Part shown: piece after piece, positions 36,279 to 39,610 of the stretch
How the letters are laid out: every line of letters starts with the position of its first letter
Numbering within the stretch: the stretch's first letter is position 1
Origin: Anaerolineae bacterium
GTDB lineage: Bacteria > Chloroflexota > Anaerolineae > Epilineales > Epilineaceae
NCBI GenBank assembly: GCA_029262755.1
Contig: JAJCYU010000275.1
Location: forward strand, 1 to 39,610
Length of the DNA stretch: 39,610 nt
Direction of reading: 5' to 3'
Position numbers and translations under genes: made by a program
The notes under the pieces: generated by a model
Seen by the model: the letters and a program-made list of their open reading frames with translations, nothing else
What the model was told of the DNA's origin: nothing
The model's database searches: none

Positions 36279-37069
36279 TGGTACATCTTCTGACGCGGCT
36301 TGCCGCCGCCGATACCGGTGACACCGAACAAGATCAGCAAGAGCACGATCCCCAAGATCGTGGTGGGAGCGTAGGGCGCGAGCCGGTCGTAGAGCGACGT
36401 TCCGGGTCCGAGCAACGCGACCTGGGCGTTGGGCACCAGCCGCGGCAGGACGAAGCGGCTGACCAAGATGCCGGTCAGCGCACCGACCATCGCGCCGACG
36501 ACGCGCTCGAGCAGCACGGAAAAGCCGCGGATACCGCGCGCCTTGGGCGGCGGGGCGGCCACGTAGCGCGTGGCGCCGTAGCCCAGGATCAACAATCCGA
36601 ACACGAAGAAGCCGATCTGCCACGCCGCCGCGTCGCCGCCGAGCGGTAGCAGCGGGGCGGAGGCCTGCGCTTCGCCCCACGCGGCCATGGGGTTTTCCGC
36701 GAGGATGCCACGCTCGATAACCGCGAAGTGAAACATGCGCCACAAGCGGTTGACCAGCGATGCGACGGCCGGCCACATCCAACCCACGATGAGGGAAGCG
36801 GCTGCCGCCACCATCAACGTGATGGCCTCGCGCCGAACGCCGCGCACAAAGCCGATTGCGGCCGCGAGGCCGACGAGCACGAGCGTCGCGGCGCTGAGGT
36901 CCGCCCCGAGCATCGGGATCGCCGTGGCCACGACCTGCCCGTCGATCCCAACGCCCGCCCCCGTCGACGCGCCCGTCGGTGGGGTAATGGCCGGATTGGG
37001 CCCACCGAGCACGGGCCGCAGCACGGCGAATGCCAGCTTGTTAAGCTCGTGTTGCAGGGAGAGGATCAT
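36275..37069 (-). CDS. CvpA-like integral membrane protein (264 aa)
   Basis: AIGFVRGVRREAITL and ERVVGAMVGALTG match the CvpA G-x-x-RG-x-x-RE and R-x-x-G-x-x-x-G-x-x-x-G patterns; coupled to murG. Confidence 0.65.
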   Translation of the reverse strand: MILSLQHELNKLAFAVLRPVLGGPNPAITPPTGASTGAGVGIDGQVVATAIPMLGADLSAATLVLVGLAAAIGFVRGVRREAITLMVAAAASLIVGWMWPAVASLVNRLWRMFHFAVIERGILAENPMAAWGEAQASAPLLPLGGDAAAWQIGFFVFGLLILGYGATRYVAAPPPKARGIRGFSVLLERVVGAMVGALTGILVSRFVLPRLVPNAQVALLGPGTSLYDRLAPYAPTTILGIVLLLILFGVTGIGGGKPRQKMYQ

Positions 37070-38169
37070 GCGGCCGCTCCCGCCATCGTCACGAGGTGGT
37101 CGGCCATGCGTTCCGCCGCATCGCGCACGTCGTGTTCGCGCGCAGCGTTGCGCATCGCGGGGAGCCGGCCGGGCTCGTTGAACAGCCGGCGTACCTCGCG
37201 TGCCAAGCGCGCACCGTCCAGGTCCGCGTCGCGAACGATGATCGCGGCGCCTGAATCGGCCAGACGGTCGGCGTTGGCGTCTTGGTGTCCCAGCGAAATC
37301 GGCAGCGGCACCAGAATCGAGGGCAGCGCGGCCGCGGGCAGCTCACCCAGCACGGACGCTCCAGCGCGGCAGACCGCGAGGTCGGCCGCGTGGAGTGCTG
37401 CCGCCATGTCGTCGCTCTCTAAGTAGCCGGCCACGCGCCAGTGCTCCGGGGCGACGCCGAGGCGGTCACGCTCTGCAAGGATTCGTGTCTCGTCGCGTGC
37501 GCCGGTTACATGCACGAAGCAGACCGACTCCGTCAGGCGCGGCACGGCGCCGACGACAGCATCGTTGAGGCGCTTGGCGCCTTGGCTGCCGCCGAAGACC
37601 AAGACCACTCGCGCATCGGCCGGCAAACCGAGCCGGATGCGCGCGGCCTCGCGGTCGGTCGCACGCAACTCCGTGCGAACGGGATAGCCTGTGACCGAAA
37701 CGCGCTCCGGTGCACTCGGCAGGTACGCGCCGGAGGCGGCGTGGCTGACCAGCATGCGATCGGCGAAGCGGGCAAGGAGCGCCACCGCGCGACCGGGCCG
37801 CACATCCGGCAGATAGACGGCCAATGGGATGCGGCGAACGCGCGCCGCAAGGGCCGCGGGCACGCTCACGTACCCGCCGGTCACGAAGACGACATCGGGG
37901 CGGTCGGTGCGCAGCCACCACCACGCCTGCAGGCCGCCGAACAAGAGCTGAGCGATGTTGGCCAAGCGCCGAAGACGGCCGACGCCCACCATCGGAGCGG
38001 CCGCCACCGCGCGAAACGCGATGCCCCGTGCGCGGACCAAATCGGCCTCCATGCCGGAGGCTCTGCCAAGCCAGGTCACGCGATCAACCCGCTCGCCGAG
38101 CGCGTCGAGCACGGTGAACGCGGGATAGATGTGCCCGGCGGTTCCGCCGCCCGAAATCCAAAGGTGCAT
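37066..38169 (-). CDS. murG: Lipid II GlcNAc transferase MurG
   Basis: SGGGTAGHIYPA, TGGYVS, TGYPVR, FGGSQGA, CRAGAS, HQDANA. Confidence 0.96.
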   Translation of the reverse strand: MHLWISGGGTAGHIYPAFTVLDALGERVDRVTWLGRASGMEADLVRARGIAFRAVAAAPMVGVGRLRRLANIAQLLFGGLQAWWWLRTDRPDVVFVTGGYVSVPAALAARVRRIPLAVYLPDVRPGRAVALLARFADRMLVSHAASGAYLPSAPERVSVTGYPVRTELRATDREAARIRLGLPADARVVLVFGGSQGAKRLNDAVVGAVPRLTESVCFVHVTGARDETRILAERDRLGVAPEHWRVAGYLESDDMAAALHAADLAVCRAGASVLGELPAAALPSILVPLPISLGHQDANADRLADSGAAIIVRDADLDGARLAREVRRLFNEPGRLPAMRNAAREHDVRDAAERMADHLVTMAGAAA

Positions 38170-39325
38170 AAATCCTCGCGTTCGCGGGGTCGGAGCGACG
38201 GGAAATGTTGGCCAGAAGGCCGACCGCCGCCATACAGGTGACCAGGCTCGAGCCGCCGAAGGAGACGAAGGGCATGGGAATGCCGGTGAAGGGCATCAGC
38301 CGCGCCACAACCGCCATGTTGATCAACGCCTGGAACGTCAGCCAGGCGCATATTCCGGTCGCGAGCAAACCGCTGAAGCGATCGGTTGCGCCGGCTGCAA
38401 TCTTGAGGCCCCGCCATGCAAGGAGACCGAATAGCGCGATGACGAGCAGACAGCCCAACGCGCCGGTCTCCTCTGCAATCACGGCGAATATGGCGTCCGT
38501 ATGCGCGGTGCCCATGGGCATCGCATGCTTGATCTGACCGCGGCCGAGACCGACTCCGGCCAAGCCGCCGCTCTGAAACGCGCCTAGCGCTTGCAGGATC
38601 TGATAACCGCCCGCGTACGGATCGGCTTCGGGATCGAGAAAGCTGCGAACCCGTTGCATGCGGTATTGCTCGCTGACCAGGAAGCCAAGGAGCACCATGC
38701 CCGCCACCGATCCTGCGATCAGCATTTGGTTGAGCCGTGCACCCGCGACGAAGAACATGGCCGATGCGACCATCAAGATCAGCACGGCCGTCGAGTAGTC
38801 TCGCTGCAGGATGATCAGCCCACACACGATACCCATCAGAATCGAATAGGGGATGATGCCGAACGCCCACTCGCCGATCTCTTCGCGCCGCTCCGCCAAC
38901 CAATCCGCGATGTAGATGATCACGGTAAGCTTGGCCAGCTCGCTGGGTTGTATGGAGCCCGAGGCCAGCAGCCAGCGGCTACTTCCGTTGATCGGGCCGG
39001 CGATGGCCAGAAGCGCCACGAGCAGCGCCAACGTGCCGAAGAACAACACGACCGAATAGCGCTGCCAGGTTCGAAGCTCGATGGTGGCGGCCACCATCGC
39101 CGCGCCGAGTCCAAGTGTGAGCCACACGGCGTGCCGCTTTAGGAAGTACGTCTTGTCGCCGATCTGGTCGACCGCCGTCGGGCTGCTCGATGTGAAGATC
39201 GCGAGCATGCCGATCAGCAACAGCAGGCCGACCACGACCATCAGCAGCGGATCGACCGCTCCCCGGCGCGCGGTGCGCGCCCGGGTTCCGATGGTGGCAG
39301 ATGCCGGCAAGCTGGTGGCGGTCAT
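38084..39325 (-). CDS. ftsW: SEDS peptidoglycan polymerase FtsW
   Basis: INGSSRW, IQPSELAK, GYQILQAL, HTDAIFAVIAEETG, TGIPMPFVSFGGSS; ATG 39325 overlaps the upstream stop (TGATG). Confidence 0.95.
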   Translation of the reverse strand: MTATSLPASATIGTRARTARRGAVDPLLMVVVGLLLLIGMLAIFTSSSPTAVDQIGDKTYFLKRHAVWLTLGLGAAMVAATIELRTWQRYSVVLFFGTLALLVALLAIAGPINGSSRWLLASGSIQPSELAKLTVIIYIADWLAERREEIGEWAFGIIPYSILMGIVCGLIILQRDYSTAVLILMVASAMFFVAGARLNQMLIAGSVAGMVLLGFLVSEQYRMQRVRSFLDPEADPYAGGYQILQALGAFQSGGLAGVGLGRGQIKHAMPMGTAHTDAIFAVIAEETGALGCLLVIALFGLLAWRGLKIAAGATDRFSGLLATGICAWLTFQALINMAVVARLMPFTGIPMPFVSFGGSSLVTCMAAVGLLANISRRSDPANARIYAPLDFGRRNRRAHLSRVHRARRARRAG

Positions 39326-39610
39326 CAGGCGGCCTCCGCCTTCGCGAGCGCAGCGGGGAGATGATCGGGGTGAGCGGCTACAAGGCGGAATGCGGTTTCC
39401 GGATCGATGGCGCCACGCTCGGTCGGACGACCGGGGCAAAGCAAGATCAAGTCTCCGTCCGCCGCGAGGCGCGCCGCGGCGACGCTGGCGTCCGCGGCAT
39501 CGGCGCAGCGCACGACCATCGGCCGCTCCGAGCCGATCCCGATGGCCTGCGCCATCGCATCGGCGGCCGGGCCGTATAGCAATACGGCGCGGGAACGGTC
39601 GATCACGCGC
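39325..39610 (-). CDS. C-terminal part of a MurD-like Mur ligase (runs off window end), divergent
   Basis: RAVLLYGPAA...AARLAADGDLILLCPG...ERG...F resembles MurD domain 3, and the position before ftsW fits murD, but the SPxxxSxD motif is missing. Confidence 0.55.
   Translation of the reverse strand, partial: RVIDRSRAVLLYGPAADAMAQAIGIGSERPMVVRCADAADASVAAARLAADGDLILLCPGRPTERGAIDPETAFRLVAAHPDHLPAALAKAEAA

Noticed and set aside
35728..36324. Apparent 199-aa N-terminal extension of MurC-MurB (1015-aa ORF)
   Set aside because: It overlaps the CvpA-like gene in another frame; the ATGA-coupled start at 35727 fits better.

Overview
High-GC bacterial chromosomal segment made mostly of housekeeping genes. 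Gene style (short IF2, long-tailed NusA, ftsW/murG overlap) suggests Chloroflexota, which is inference only. In order it holds: the nusA-ylxR-infB-rbfA-nrnA-truB operon (minus strand, rimP-type leader but no rimP); acs; an uppP + TIM-barrel gene pair; dgt; a 1683-aa secreted multidomain protein; a polyphosphate cluster (ppk1, ppx, CYTH-CHAD); proC; a RamB/PrpR-like XRE regulator divergent from a 147-aa ORF; nrdR-nrdJ; and the distal dcw cluster (murD-like, ftsW, murG, two CvpA-like genes, a murC-murB fusion, ftsQ, ftsA, ftsZ). I found no mobile elements, CRISPR arrays, rRNA or tRNA genes. The best candidates for novelty are: (1) the regulator plus an apparently malate-synthase-derived mini-protein that keeps a full promoter, operator and RBS; (2) a helically phased DnaA-box array next to tandem NrdR boxes in the nrdR-nrdJ leader; (3) an unrecognised four-repeat Cys-rich region in the large secreted protein; (4) two translationally coupled CvpA-like membrane genes inside the dcw operon. 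All homology calls are from motif recognition by eye; no searches were run.
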